Of a stretch of DNA of 64,000 nucleotides, positions 37,460 through 50,758 are shown one piece after another. Where the stretch lies: NCBI GenBank assembly GCA_013239625.1, contig MU054323.1, forward strand, positions 16,372,029 through 16,436,028, written 5' to 3'. The stretch's first letter is position 1, and each line of letters begins with the position of its first letter. The translations under genes and the position numbers were made by a program. The notes beneath the pieces were generated by a model. That model saw nothing but the letters and a program-made list of their open reading frames with translations. It had not been told where the DNA came from and searched no databases. The DNA is from Lama guanicoe (taxonomy: Eukaryota).

Positions 37460-38230
37460 TATTCATTCTTTCATTCATTCTTTCATTTAATAGGATTGAA
37501 ACCTTTTAAAAAATCCACCACCAACAAAATGAAACAAAATGGTCACACTGAAGACAGGGAAATAGTTAGGAATTTGTTGCTGTAATAGAAGCAAGGAATG
37601 ACGAGGATCTGAAAGTCAGTGGCAGTGGGAAAAAAAGAGGCTGGATATGAGGACTTTAAGAGGGTGGAAGGAGAGGTTGTGGTGGGGAGTCAATTCCCAG
37701 GTTTTGTCTTGGAGAGCTGGCTGGCTGGATGGTGGTGTCTCACTAGGAGAGGAGGAGGAGAGTGGAAGCATATTACTGGTGATGGTGAGCTCTGTTTGGA
37801 ATATGGTGAATTGGGGGTTCCCGCAGGACGAACAAGTAGAAGTGTGCAGTCCTTGGTTGCATATTCAGGTATGAAGCCCAGGAGTTAGAATTTGGGCAGG
37901 AAATATAGATCTGGGAATCCTCAGTACATCTCTGGTAGTTGAAGCTATGCAACCAAACTGAGGGGCCAAGAGGAGGACAAGGATGACCCCTGGGTACACA
38001 ATAGCGACAGGGCACGTAGAGGAAGAGGAACCAGGAGGGACCCAGGTGGGGTAGTCAGGGAGGAAGGAGGGTGTGAGAGAACAAGCAGTGCTCAGGGGAG
38101 TCAAATGCTACAGAGAAGGAAGCGGGATGGGACAGGAGACACCTGCAACTTTAGGAACAGAGAGTTCATTTGGACTCTGTTGAGTATAGCTTCAGTGGAG
38201 TGAGTGGTGTTGGAAGCCAAAGGACCGTGG
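37460..38230 (-). mobile_element. L2 LINE
   Basis: (CATT)n-like tail at about 37461 and an antisense L2 body (GATGGTGGTGTC...GATCTGGGAATCCTCAG...GTCAAATGCTACAGAGA). Confidence 0.75.
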
Positions 38231-39054
38231 CTCAGGGACCACGAGTTGAGGGACCGGGGACATGCTTGTCATCTACTCTCTCAAGGTCATGAGATGAGTC
38301 AAGGGTTCGAGGAGAGCTGTTTGGCTTCCCAGGGAAGAGACTTGAGTACAGTCTGTGTCCAAGTTCTCCAGGAGTCCACAGCACTGCAGACAGTTTTGGG
38401 CATGGATGGTCAGAGTCAGTCTCAGTTCTGCTCCTCCTGTTGGACAGAAGATATTTGTTGTTTAGATCTCTTTCCCAACTCACCAGATGTCTCCTGGGCC
38501 TCCCAGGCTCCTTGTCCTGGGTGCTACCTATCCACTGTCACTGGTGAGGGCCTCACTGTGCCCATGCTGCCTGCCCCTGACATCTGGCAGTCAGGCCTCA
38601 CCTGTGCCATGTTTGGTATCCCCTCTAGAATCACATTTTCTCTTAACCACATGTGAGTCTCAAGACTCTTGAGTCCTGTGAAGAGCCCAGTGTGGTCCCA
38701 TAGGTAGCCAGGGGGCCAGTATGACAACTGGTACTCGGAGTGGGAGTTCCCACAACCCAACTGTTGGGTGTCAGATGCCTTATAAGGGCAGCTGGGGCAG
38801 GTGGAGGTGGGGATCTGCATGAGCTGAAGCAACCCTCTCGTACCTGAGAGTGTCTTCAGATGTCTCCATTTCCTTTGTGAGCCATGAGGTGGGAAGGACC
38901 ACCCTGCAGGGCTCCACCTCTGGCACACTGGCCATCTCCTGTCCTTGCCAGTCAGCTTCCTGAAGGGTATTTACTGTGCCCCTCGCATCACTCCCGGGTC
39001 TCAGTGAACCCTCTTGCTTCTTCTTTGATTTGCCCTTGCATACTGTGAAGGCCT

Positions 39055-40110
<1,056 letters not shown>

Positions 40111-40750
40111 TGGGAAGACCTTTTTAACTTTGCTGGGCATTTGTGTGGAAAGGAACCCTTCTGAGGCAAAGAGCTACTGAGGAATTATCTTCCTAGCAAT
40201 CACTCAAAGCCCCTCTGCTGTCTTCTCCACTTCCCTTTTGTTGTTGTCTGAATGACAGGGATAATCTGGCCCCTGCCCACATCAAATGCTATCTGGGGCT
40301 GGAAACAAGCCTCGCAACGTGTTTTAAATCCTTTCTTTCCCTCCATCTCTCCCAGGTCTGCCCACCATGCACACACTTAACTTGTGTTACACCAGCAGCA
40401 TTCAATTGTGAGTGACAGTGACCCTCCTGAAGGTAGCTGACTTGGCCCCCATGGGCCAAGACATCACACCTGTGTCTGATTAGACACTGTGTTACCCCAT
40501 TTGAACATGTGGCCCATGAAAGCATCTTCTCTTGTACACTTGTAGGGTGTGTTTTCTGGAACTGTTAATGCAGGGCTGGAGTTTGCTCCTGCTAATCTGC
40601 CTAGAATGTTTTCCCCTTCCTCGCCACCAGCTAGAGCACCACTGAATCAGTGTAGATTCTTCATCTTAGTAGGGAGACTGATGTCCAGGGAGGGGGGTGG
40701 TCATCCTGACTTTATCTCCTTGAAGAACCTCACTCTTAAAGGGGGTCTTC

Positions 40751-41193
40751 TTTGTTAACAGCTTGGGCTGCCATAACAAAATACCACATACTGTATGGTT
40801 TAAACCACAGAAATTTATTTTCTCACAGTTCTGAGGGTGCCAGTGAGGCTGGTTTCTCCTGAGGTTTCTCTCCGTGGCTTGCAGATGGCACCCTCTTGCT
40901 GTGTCCTCACATGGCCTTTTTTCTGTGTATGTGTATGGAGAAAGAGGTTGGGGTAGGGGAGAGAGAGAGGGAGGGAGAGAAAGGAGGGGAGGAGAGGGAA
41001 GGAGACAGGGAGAGAGTTTTCTCTCATCCTCTTCTAAGTCCACAAATCCTATTGGATTAGGGTCCACTTTGCGACCTCATTTAACCTTAATTACCTCTTT
41101 AAAGGTGCCATCTCCAAATACAGTCACATGGTGGAGGAGGGTGTTAGAGCTTCAACATATGCATTTTAGGGCATCACAATTCAGCCCATAATA
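40751..41193 (-). mobile_element. MaLR solo LTR (MLT1A/B-like) with an internal GA-rich expansion
   Basis: GGGCTGCCATAACAAAATACCACA...GCTTGCAGATGG...TCTCCAAATACAGTCACAT...AATTCAGCCCATAATA. Confidence 0.88.
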
Positions 41194-41247
41194 CTCTCTG
41201 CTTTTAACATACTCCATTTGTCTTCATTCTCTCCAGTGCTTGGGTAT

Positions 41248-41726
41248 TACATTAGTTTCCTATGACTGCTTTAACAAACTACTGAAAACTTGGTGGCTTA
41301 AAACAACAGTAATTTATTCTCTCACAGATCTACAGAACAGAAATCCAAAATCAGCATCACTGGGCTGAAATCAAGCTGTCAGCAGGACTGCACTCCCTCC
41401 AGAAGCTCTGAGCTCTAAGGCAGAACCTGTTCCTTCCCTCTTCCAGCTTTTGGTGCCCAATAGCATTCCCTAACTTGCGGCCACATCTCTGCCCCTGTGG
41501 TCACTTTGTTTCCGCCTCTTCTGTGTATCAAATTTTCCTTGACCTCTCTCTCATAAGGACAATTGAGACTGCATTTAGGAACCATCTGGATAATCCAGGA
41601 TAATTGCCCATTTCAAGATCCTTAACTTAATCAATCTGTAAAGATTCTTTTTCCAAATAAGGTAACATTTTCAGATACTAGGACTAGGACCTGGTATCTT
41701 TGTGGGTCATTATTCCGCCTACCACA
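41248..41726 (-). mobile_element. MaLR solo LTR (MLT1C/D-like), complete
   Basis: ATTAGTTTCCTATGACTGC...GGATAATCCAGGATAAT...CCTACCACA; perfect 5-bp TSD GGTAT at 41243-41247 and 41727-41731. Confidence 0.9.
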
Positions 41727-44700
41727 GGTATATTGTTCATAAACTGTCATTCAGTGTTTTAATAAGTGGAGTCAGCCTATGAGGGGAGGCCTTGCTAAAA
41801 GGGCAAGAGTCCCAATGATACCTTTCTCAGGCATGTCCAGGCAGGATCACACACCCTCAAACCATCCTCCAGTCATCTGGCTTTGTCCTCTGCCATGGGC
41901 CTTCTCCTAGGACCCGAAGGGGGTGCTTTAGGCTGGGAAGCTGAGGTGTCTCCCTGGGGAGGGAATGCTTGGATGATCGGGGTGGGAAAAAAGGAATGCA
42001 TCTTCTGTGCATTCCTATTTCATGGCTGGTTAAGAGGAGTAGCATCTCACTCCTGGAAGCCGTTTCACTTGGCAGTATTTTGTTTCCTTCTGGTTAGAGC
42101 AATCTTCAGGTTGGGGTCTTGGGTAGTAAGACTCAGTTTCCCCTCTCTTACACAACAGGGTCTGCCCCTCTTCTGTGTTCTGTCATGATACAGTTTTTTC
42201 CTATGGATTGCCTAAAGCACCTGATCAATTTTCAATGTGCTTATGAGGTCCAGAGAGCCAACTATGTTGAAAATTAGCAATTTTAATCACCGGTGAAGGC
42301 ATCACTTTTTTTTTTTTTTTAAAGAAGGGGGTTACTGCAGAGTGAATCTTCACAAACAGTGCTTTATTTGGTCACAGGACCCATGGTCCACTTTGAGGAT
42401 GGAACTTTAGTGGATACTAATCTAACATCTAAGATTGTGTTCATCTGCTCTTCCTTCTTGCCATTTATGGTGAAAAATATGAGGCCAGAGCACGCAAATG
42501 TTTTGCTTCTTGTTTCAGATCACAACCCAGTTCATTTTCTTGCAATGAGAGGAGGGGTTAGAAGATAATTAGCAATGTTCTTCCCCCACTTTTAACAACA
42601 TCTCTGCTTACTTTATAGAGATATTTCTGAACGTTACTGCTTACTCTGAAAAATTCAATATGTAATTTTAGTGCTGTTTCAGGCTTTTCAAAGTCTCATG
42701 TGTTTCTGGGGCATTGCTAATAGTTTACCTTAGAATGCAGAAAAACTACTGTAAAGGATACTTCAGTATTAAAGCATAATCTTCTCTAGGAAACCACATC
42801 ACTAAAATGCCATTATTAAAGGCTGGGGAGGGGGAGGCAGAGGGAAGGTTAGACAGTGATTTAGAAATATCAACATTTGGCGTCAAGGCATTAATGCCTT
42901 TATACCTGGTGGCCTGTAGGGTGAATGGAACCATGTCAGTCACTGAGAGCTTTATATTAATCTTCTCCTGCACTGTCTAATTTATGTTGATTCAAAATTA
43001 GATTTAATTGCAATGTTCACATTTACTCCTCCAGGACCAGAAACACTAACCAATAATAACCTTTATTATCTCCTCTGGTGAAGGCCACATTTGGTAACAG
43101 GTAAATCTTTTGGAAAAGCCTGTCTCCCTACCTCCCTCTTTTTTGGGATCCCAGGCAAAATAATGCATTCCATGAACTCGCTCTTCATGTTTTTTGGGGT
43201 CTCGCTTACTCTCTGTGTCTCCCTTGCCCTAGTCCAGTTGCTAGAGGTGTGTGCTCCTAGGATAGATATCTGTTCAGTGAGTTCACATCCTGTTGTTGAT
43301 GGCTCTAAGATGCTGATATTCCTGGGGGTATTTTAAGGGGACTCCATGCCTAGCATAATGCCTTATCCAAAGGAACCCATTGGTAGATGTTCCAACCCTG
43401 GGGCAGCTACACAGGGGAGAAATCATTTTGAGCAATTTTATCTTTCTAGGGTCACTCAGGTTCTGCCTATTTCACTTATAAACAAGGCTGGTCATGGGTA
43501 TGGGGACATCCTTTGGGGATTTTATACACATTTCTTGTGACTCCTATTAAAGATGGAATTTTCCATGGAAGCAGTACCTCAAGGGTCTCTTTGTTCCAGA
43601 CCCAAACGTAATGGAAGGATCTTTCCACTTCTCACTGTGGGTATTTGCAGTGTAAATGTTGGTGACTTGGCACTGTGCTGAGATGACCATTTTCCTGATG
43701 TACCTTATAGGATAAGGGCTCATTTTAGGATAGAACTTGGTCTTCTCTGAGGGGTGGGCAGCCCAGAAGTCACCACTGGGAGCATGCAGGTCCTTAGACA
43801 GGAAACCAGACTTTGGAAGTCTGATCTCCATCTCTGGGCCTCAATTTTGTGAGTTTGGACTTCAGGGAGTTTGAGAGCATTCCAGGGGCTGTTTACGTCT
43901 GCTCCATTTAATTGGTTTTCCTACTCAGCTCAGACTGTTCAGTGACATTGGAAGTTCACTGTTTACCTAGGCACTTTCTTCCTTAATCCTGGGGCTGCTC
44001 AATCAGAAATTACAACCCAGCCTGGGAAATGATGGGTTGAAAGGGGGCGTGAGGAAACTCCCCGAGGTACTGCTGGTGGGATAGCTGCCCAAGTGTGTTC
44101 AGTCCAGGGATGGGACTATGAACTCACTACACCTGGTGCTGTTTCAGGAGAAACATAGCCCCTTTCATTTTTTTCATCATCATAAATGACTTTCCCTAAC
44201 AACTGACAGCCTTACTGTCTGCCTTCAGGTTACAGTGTAGGCACTGGCTGGCAGGAGCTTTCACAGGATGGTGGCTTATGGTATACAAATTTCTAACCCT
44301 GGGAACCACCTGTTCAGCAGTCTAAGATGCCAGTCTTTTCTTAGTCCATGGGGAGAGTCCTCTCAGGCATGGGCTCAATCATTTCTGGCCTAGAACTGAC
44401 CATTTTCTACTTCAATCCCTGTTTCTGGACCATTTTGAGTAGAAACTCTACTAGGGTGTAGTATATCCTTTTCTTTGTTCAAAATCTTCTTCCTCCTGAG
44501 TATACCCCTTCTCCCTAAAATATCTTACCAGTCCCTTGAGGCCCTATTTAGGTCCTGCTCTTCCGTGGAGCCATCCTTGGTCTTTCCCTCCCCAGAACTC
44601 AAAGCTATTTTCCCAGTGATCTTTTGGCAATGAATCACCCACACGCCTTATGACTTACTCCAGTAATCAATTTATGGTGATCATGATGCCCACTTCACTT

Positions 44701-47479
44701 CAGCCTCACTAGTTTTGATATATGGCAGACATTTCTGTCTGCATGATGAGTCTCTGAAATATTAACTCTATTCTGCACAGTAGCTTCGATTTGGACAGAT
44801 TTTTAAAATCTATCACCCATATCAATCTGCTTCCCATGAAGGAAATTTGGTTGACCTTCAGAGGATGAAGATTACTGACCCTCTCTAGAAGCCAGTGGAA
44901 GTGAATTCACCATCGGATTTTTAAAGTAAAAATAGAAGATAATTAAATGCAGCACAGTCGTTATAAAATGGATCTCATGGTGCTCTACACCACTTCATAA
45001 AATTCTTCCCATTCTTCCACATGACTTTCTCTGCAGCATTTTAACACAGAATACTGACTCCCTGACAACTTAAGCAAGAAATATTTGGGTTTACTTTTTA
45101 ATAAGCACTTGCCCTAAGAATAAGGTGAAAATCAAACATTCTCAGATGGGAAGGCTGGCTGGATGAAATGATGTGCCATCAGATTAAAGCACACAACCTT
45201 CCAGGTACCATGAGATGAAACAAACGAGCCTTAAAAATTTACCAAGGAGACCATCTTCTTCTTCAGAAAATAAATGTATTACTTAGCCAGAACCAATATG
45301 TTTCATGTGTGTGAATAGTTTTGAGTATTGTGAAGTTCTTGAGTCCCAAACAGCCAAACCAACCAGAGGGCTACCCATCTTGTTAGTAGTGGCTTTTATC
45401 ACTTGGCATCTGGAAACTTCTTTTATTTTGCTGGATCTGGCCCAAAAGTATGGGTGGAGACACAGGGCAGCACTTAACAACCTTATTTATGACTTAATGA
45501 CTTAACTAAGAAAAAAAAAAGTTCAATCATTTCATATTAGTTGGGTGGACTCATTCTAACGTTAAAGAATTTTATTAGGCCTGCTAAATTTGGGACAAGG
45601 TTGGGAACATAATTTCCAAAGAAACCCTTATTGGAGAGAAATCATCATGCTAACTTATTCTATTGTGTTGATGTATTTCACAGTAAAATTGAGTCCCACC
45701 AGGTTCCATATTAGAAGGCTCAGAACCATGTCCTAATATATAATTTTCTTCACTGTTTAAAAATATTTATCTAGTTAATTCATGGACTCATGGACTTCTT
45801 CCATACCATGACTTCAAGTGGTTTTGCAGGGAGACTTGAGAAAAAATGGTAACTTTCAGTAACATAAAAAATAGACTGACTCTGGAAACCTAGGTTCTCT
45901 TTTATGTTCAACCAGTTCAGTCTTTTGTTTGTGACTTGGACTCACTAAAATGTGATAATTAATGGTTTTACATTTGTGAAGAGTTAAGGGGAAAGATCAC
46001 CCACAGGAACCTTGCCTACAACAACAAGAAGTATCTCTACTTATATACAAATTGAATGATCTTTTCTGGTTGTTGGGACAGCAGTGGCTTGCCATTCTGA
46101 ATTTGCAGTGTACGTCTTGACAAATGAGGTTAAAAGTAGAAGGCTGAGAACATCAGTTGAAGTCGGAAGTCTTTTTGCAGGAGAAAGCCCCCATCAGCTC
46201 TGCACCTGCTCCCTGGGGAAGGAACTGAGTATCAGAAGGGCTGCCACAGGAGAAATGACTCAACAATGTCATTCACAAGCCGGATGTGGCTTTGTTTCCT
46301 TTCTAACGGGCATGTTTGTTGCCATTTCAGTGAAACCTAACCTAACGGGGTGGCTGTATGTGAGAGGGCTCAGAAAGTCTAAGGGGTAAATACCTACATG
46401 CATTATTGCTTAAATTCTATCAAATAAACCCAATACTGGCAGAGCTGTTCTCTGTACTCGTCACAGAGGGAGCAGACAAAATGTGTAGACATTCCATATC
46501 ATTTCACCTAACAGTTTAATCTCTTCCTTGAGGTCATGCTGCAGGTGAAGAGTAAAATGAGAGAATATGATCAATAAAAGTTAAGATAACAGGTTAAAAG
46601 AGTCTTGTTAAAAATGAGATATAGGAATGACTCTTCCTCATTCACAAGGTTTAGAAGAGGCTGGGAAGTCTGTTTGGAACTATGAACTGTGAGTGGAGTG
46701 TGGTAGAGCAGGAAAAGAACACTGGAAAATCGTGGCATAGAAATACAGCTGGGAAATTAGGGCAGGAACTCAGTGCTGTAAGGGAGCCTGCTGCCTCTTC
46801 TACTTGGTTAGTCATTCTGTGTTTCACCTGCAGTTCAAAGGTATTTCAGATGACTAAGATGATGGAATTGCAACAATTCTCGACGCGGTGAGAGAATCAC
46901 TGAAGTGTCTGGAAGAGGAGGTCATTTCAGGGATACATTTCAAGGAGAAATGAGTTATTGTGTGCAAGTGTTTGTCTTTGAGGGGAGAGGGCTGGTTGAC
47001 AACAGGACAGAAATCAGTGTGTACACTTCCTTTCCCTGTTTCCTTTACCGACATCCTCAGGACATCTCTGGCTCCTTGTGGGGGGAGTGGTCTCTGCTGC
47101 CCTCTTTTTGGCCTCCTTAATCTTGTCTATGTGGCACCTGCAGCATGGAAACATCTGTCCTATAGGGATGGGACTGAGGTTGCATAAGTTTGCTATGTTA
47201 AAGTGAAGGACGAGAGTCACAGAAGTGCGTTTTTGAGAGGCTCGCATCAGTGCTGACTTAAAAAAAAAATTCTCACATGTTCATCTTTCCCTAAAATTAA
47301 GGGGCCTTGTTTCCGGAATCTCAAACCTTTGGGAAATAATCAAAATTATTGAGTGAGTGGAGATCATCTCTTACCTTATTTTAAAGGCTCAGGTACACTT
47401 TAGAGAAGCAGTTTTTCTAGCCCTGGACTTAAAAGAAAATATAACTATTATCTTATGTTTCTGTTTATTATTATAACCA

Positions 47480-48488
47480 AGAAAATTGATTTTAACATTT
47501 ACTCTTTATTGTGTTGTATGAAGTACCTATGTAATGCAAGTATGCACTGTACTAAAATACCCATATTTCCAAGTAACATTATGTGGTGTAGCCCACAGTC
47601 TCTGCAGAAGCATTGTGAGTAACCTGTGCCTTTACACTTTACAATCCGTTGTTGGCTGCCGTGAAAAGTATGATAACAGATGAAGGAAAAAAAAAAAAAG
47701 CTAAGTATGAATACACTTTTCCAAGCATACACAGCTTACAATGGAACCCCAATGGAAAAAGTCAAATGACCACATTTGATGTAGTATCTATAAAATGTAG
47801 ACTCTGCAATAAAAAGCCAAAGGCACATAAAAATATATTTTAACTTTAAAAATAACTTAGTTACAGTAATACTTTGCTTGTGTCTTACCAACATGTAGCT
47901 GACAGTCAAAAATTCGCAATATAGATATAATATATAGGGATATATAAGAGCTACAAGAAAATCCCCAAAACCCATAGTTGTTCAAATGTGAAAACAGAGA
48001 AGTTTTTAACACTGAAGATTTGCCATGGTGAGCCCAAACAACATAATATAGAAAAGAGTCTAGAAAAAAGGCTTAGGTGTTAAATAAATTTTGACTTCCT
48101 CTTGCTCAGAATAGGCTGAAATGCCAGAGTACTGTAAAGGTCCTTAATGTGACTGGCACAGCCCTTCGCAGCTAAGCAGTGCCAATCCTGGCCAAGCCAG
48201 ATTTCTTACGTGTCTGGAAACAAAAAATGTGAGCTGTACACCAGCAATGCCGCCGAAAATTGGTCTGACTCACTTCCTCTCTTTGCCAGGACAGGTTTCT
48301 TTCTTTTTCTTTTTAACTGTTTTTGCAAAACAGGGCATAACAGGTAAAAAAATATTTTGTAGGAAAGTTATTTTAGAAAACCCATCACACGATGGCAAAC
48401 AGAGCCAGGGAAACTCTTCTCTTTGTGGTTAGTTTTGTTTTGTTTGGATACCTTTTACCCCAAAGGAAAAGAGCCGGCGGTGTGCTGG
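47480..48488 (-). other. CDC42EP3: CDC42EP3 3' UTR (to the proximal poly(A) site; may extend further)
   Basis: AU-rich, repeat-free sequence between the TAA stop and the first AATAAA. Confidence 0.75.
47505..47510 (-). terminator. CDC42EP3: Candidate proximal poly(A) signal AATAAA of CDC42EP3 (second copy at 47464-47469)
   Basis: First AATAAA I found after the stop codon, about 1 kb downstream, followed by U-rich TTTTCTTGGTT. Confidence 0.65.
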
Positions 48489-49253
48489 TTACTTATTTTT
48501 ATCCATGACATTCAGCACCTCATCCAGAAATGAGGGCCCAAGATCAAGCTGCAGGGAGAGGAGGGAACCTGTGAGATCAGAGAGGGACTCCTCTGATTTA
48601 CTCTTTTCCTTGACGAGCTCACATGGGGCGGGATGGTCAAACATGTCCTCTGCCGCCCAGTCGGGGTACTGTTCGGAGAGGCTGGAAGAGTGGCTGTCCC
48701 TGCCCTGGCTGGACTGGGATGCGGACCCGCTGGAGCCCCACGAGACATCCCCCTGGTGGACTGTCCCATTCTCCAACAGGCTGCTTTTCTCTGGGGCCTT
48801 CTCCTCCATGACTGGCTCACAGCTAAGCCGGGGCAGCTTTCCCGGCCCAAAGGACTCCTGTTTGGAATTGAATGTCACCGGTGACAATAATGGCAACATG
48901 AGTGCTTGGGACCCTCCAATGGTCGGGAGGGAGATGGCGTTTTTGAGCACCGGGGAGGGCGTTTCTGTGAACATGGAATCGGAGGTGCTGTTAGCCCGGA
49001 AGAACTCATTATGCCCAGGGAACTGGCCCATGCGTGCTTTCTCCTGGTTTCCAGGTAGAAGCTCATAGTTCCCTTGAAGAAAGGAAATGTCTCCAAAGAC
49101 GTCATGCTGGCCCTCCTTGCCGATGTGAATGGTGTGGCGGAAGTCTCCAAGGGGAGGACTGATCATATCAGGAGACAAGATGTCCCTCAATTTAAATTTC
49201 TTTCCTTTCTTGTTATTGGCAGCTTTTAGGTAAATTGGGGTCTTGGCTGGCAT
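48489..49253 (-). CDS. CDC42EP3: Cdc42 effector protein 3 (BORG2/CEP3), 254 aa, intronless CDS
   Basis: N-terminus [10 protein letters not shown]; basic patch KKGKKFK; CRIB motif [17 protein letters not shown]1-like [13 protein letters not shown]2-like [11 protein letters not shown]; septin-binding BD3 [17 protein letters not shown] at -3 of the ATG; locally raised CpG. Confidence 0.98.
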   Translation of the reverse strand: MPAKTPIYLKAANNKKGKKFKLRDILSPDMISPPLGDFRHTIHIGKEGQHDVFGDISFLQGNYELLPGNQEKARMGQFPGHNEFFRANSTSDSMFTETPSPVLKNAISLPTIGGSQALMLPLLSPVTFNSKQESFGPGKLPRLSCEPVMEEKAPEKSSLLENGTVHQGDVSWGSSGSASQSSQGRDSHSSSLSEQYPDWAAEDMFDHPAPCELVKEKSKSEESLSDLTGSLLSLQLDLGPSFLDEVLNVMDKNK

Positions 49254-49490
49254 TTTGGAATTTGAGAATGTCGATTCTACAAAAGGGAAAAAGGGCCACT
49301 TTCTTCGTGGATGTTATATGTTTCCCAATATCCTTTTTGATAGGAACTGTCACATCATTTTTCTCAAGTAGCTTCAGATGTGGCTCTGAAAAGAGACAGA
49401 GGTCTAAGAGGTCCTCCTGGACTTATAGCCAAGCAGGGCTTTCTGGAGAGCGGTTTACATCATCCAATCCCTTCCACAGCATGGAGAAAC
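49254..49490 (-). other. CDC42EP3: 5' UTR portion of the CDC42EP3 coding exon, containing uORFs
   Basis: Lies between the acceptor at 49491 and the ATG; contains five upstream ATGs in three uORFs. Confidence 0.75.
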
Positions 49491-49522
49491 CTGGAAGAGA
49501 AACCGAAGCAGGTTATAATTAG
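49491..49522 (-). promoter_or_regulatory. CDC42EP3: 3' splice site with branch point
   Basis: Minus strand CTAAT (branch A at 49519) ... CCTGCTTCGGTTTCTCTTCCAG|G. Confidence 0.75.
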
Positions 49523-50334
49523 CTGACCCTTCAGGGAATCACTTGGGTCCAACTTTTTCACAAGCACCTGTAAATAATGGCAGGGCCAGTTCCCATCTGA
49601 AGCCAAGTTTTATTTTGTTGTTTCCCCCTATTAAGTAGGATTAAAAAGTTTAATCTTAACAAGGGTCCACTAATCTTAGACTTGCTTCAGGAGGTAAAAG
49701 AAAAAAAAGAGAGAGATTAAAAAAACCACAAACTTATGACATAAGCACTTTTAAAACATGGCCATGGACAGTTTTCTGGACATGTCTAAGATTTTAGTCT
49801 TTTTCCTCTGTTAGAAGAACTGCTGTCAGCACATAACCAGAATGATTTCAGCTCCTTAGATACAACTGGATTTGTTTTAAGATATATTTTCTCTTTTGCT
49901 TTGGCCTTCACACCAGAAGACTAGGACTATTTTATTGTTGAGTTTCTTTATATAAATAAAATTAATGCAATCCGATGAGTAGTCGTGTAAGTAAAGGAGC
50001 TGGAAATTTCATTTAGTAAATGACAGTGACCAACATACTAGTGTCCAACAAAATCTCAGTGAAATGCATTCTTACAGATGAGAAAACTGAGATTCAGGAG
50101 TCAAGGAGTCAAAAAAACCCAAGAAAACCCAACCCCTCTCAATAACATACAGGCAGTAGGAACTGGAATCTGGAATCAAGCTGGGGCAGAGAGAACTGGG
50201 ATGTCAAAAATTTAGGGATTTGGAGGCATTCTGAAATGGAAGGAAAAGAACAAAACCACTTCTTTTTCAAATAAGTTGGGTCTTCACCCAGGAATCCTTT
50301 GGAAACATCTGCTGATAAGCTTGTACCCTCTCCC

Positions 50335-50758
50335 TGTGCTGGGCAGGATTCCAAGGTGACCCCAGGGAGTGGCCTCCTAGTGTAATTAATGCCTTTGTGG
50401 GTGAAACTGTGACTTGCTTCTGACCAAGGTGATGAGATGTCACAACCCTGACTAGTTTACATTATAAAAGATTCCACCTTAGCAGACTGGGATGAGACTT
50501 CCTTTACTGATTTTGAAAAAAGTAAGCCACTATGGTGACAGATGAATTCTGCCAATAACCGGAGGGAACCTAGAAGTGCATCTTTCCCCAGTTGAGCTTC
50601 TGGTGAGACCAGAGCTCCAACCCCTAGTTTACAGCCTGATGAGACCATGGAGCTAAGCCCTGGCGGAACTTCTGGCCTGCAGACACTATGAGACAATACA
50701 TGGGTGGGGCTGTGAGCCACTAGTTTGTAATTTGTTACCTGAGAAGACGACTAACACA
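50335..50758 (+). mobile_element. MaLR solo LTR (MLT1E-like), internally deleted
   Basis: TGTG..GGCAGGATTCCAAGGTGACCCC...CTGTGACTTGCTTCT...GAATTCTGCCAA...GTAATTTGTTAC...CTAACACA. Confidence 0.8.

Noticed and set aside
38204..38928. 150-aa and 134-aa ORFs
   Set aside because: Expected by chance in GC-richer DNA; no motifs or splice support.
48505..49068. 187-aa + strand ORF and the other short ORFs overlapping CDC42EP3
   Set aside because: Antisense or alternate-frame shadows of a GC-rich CDS; no recognisable domain.
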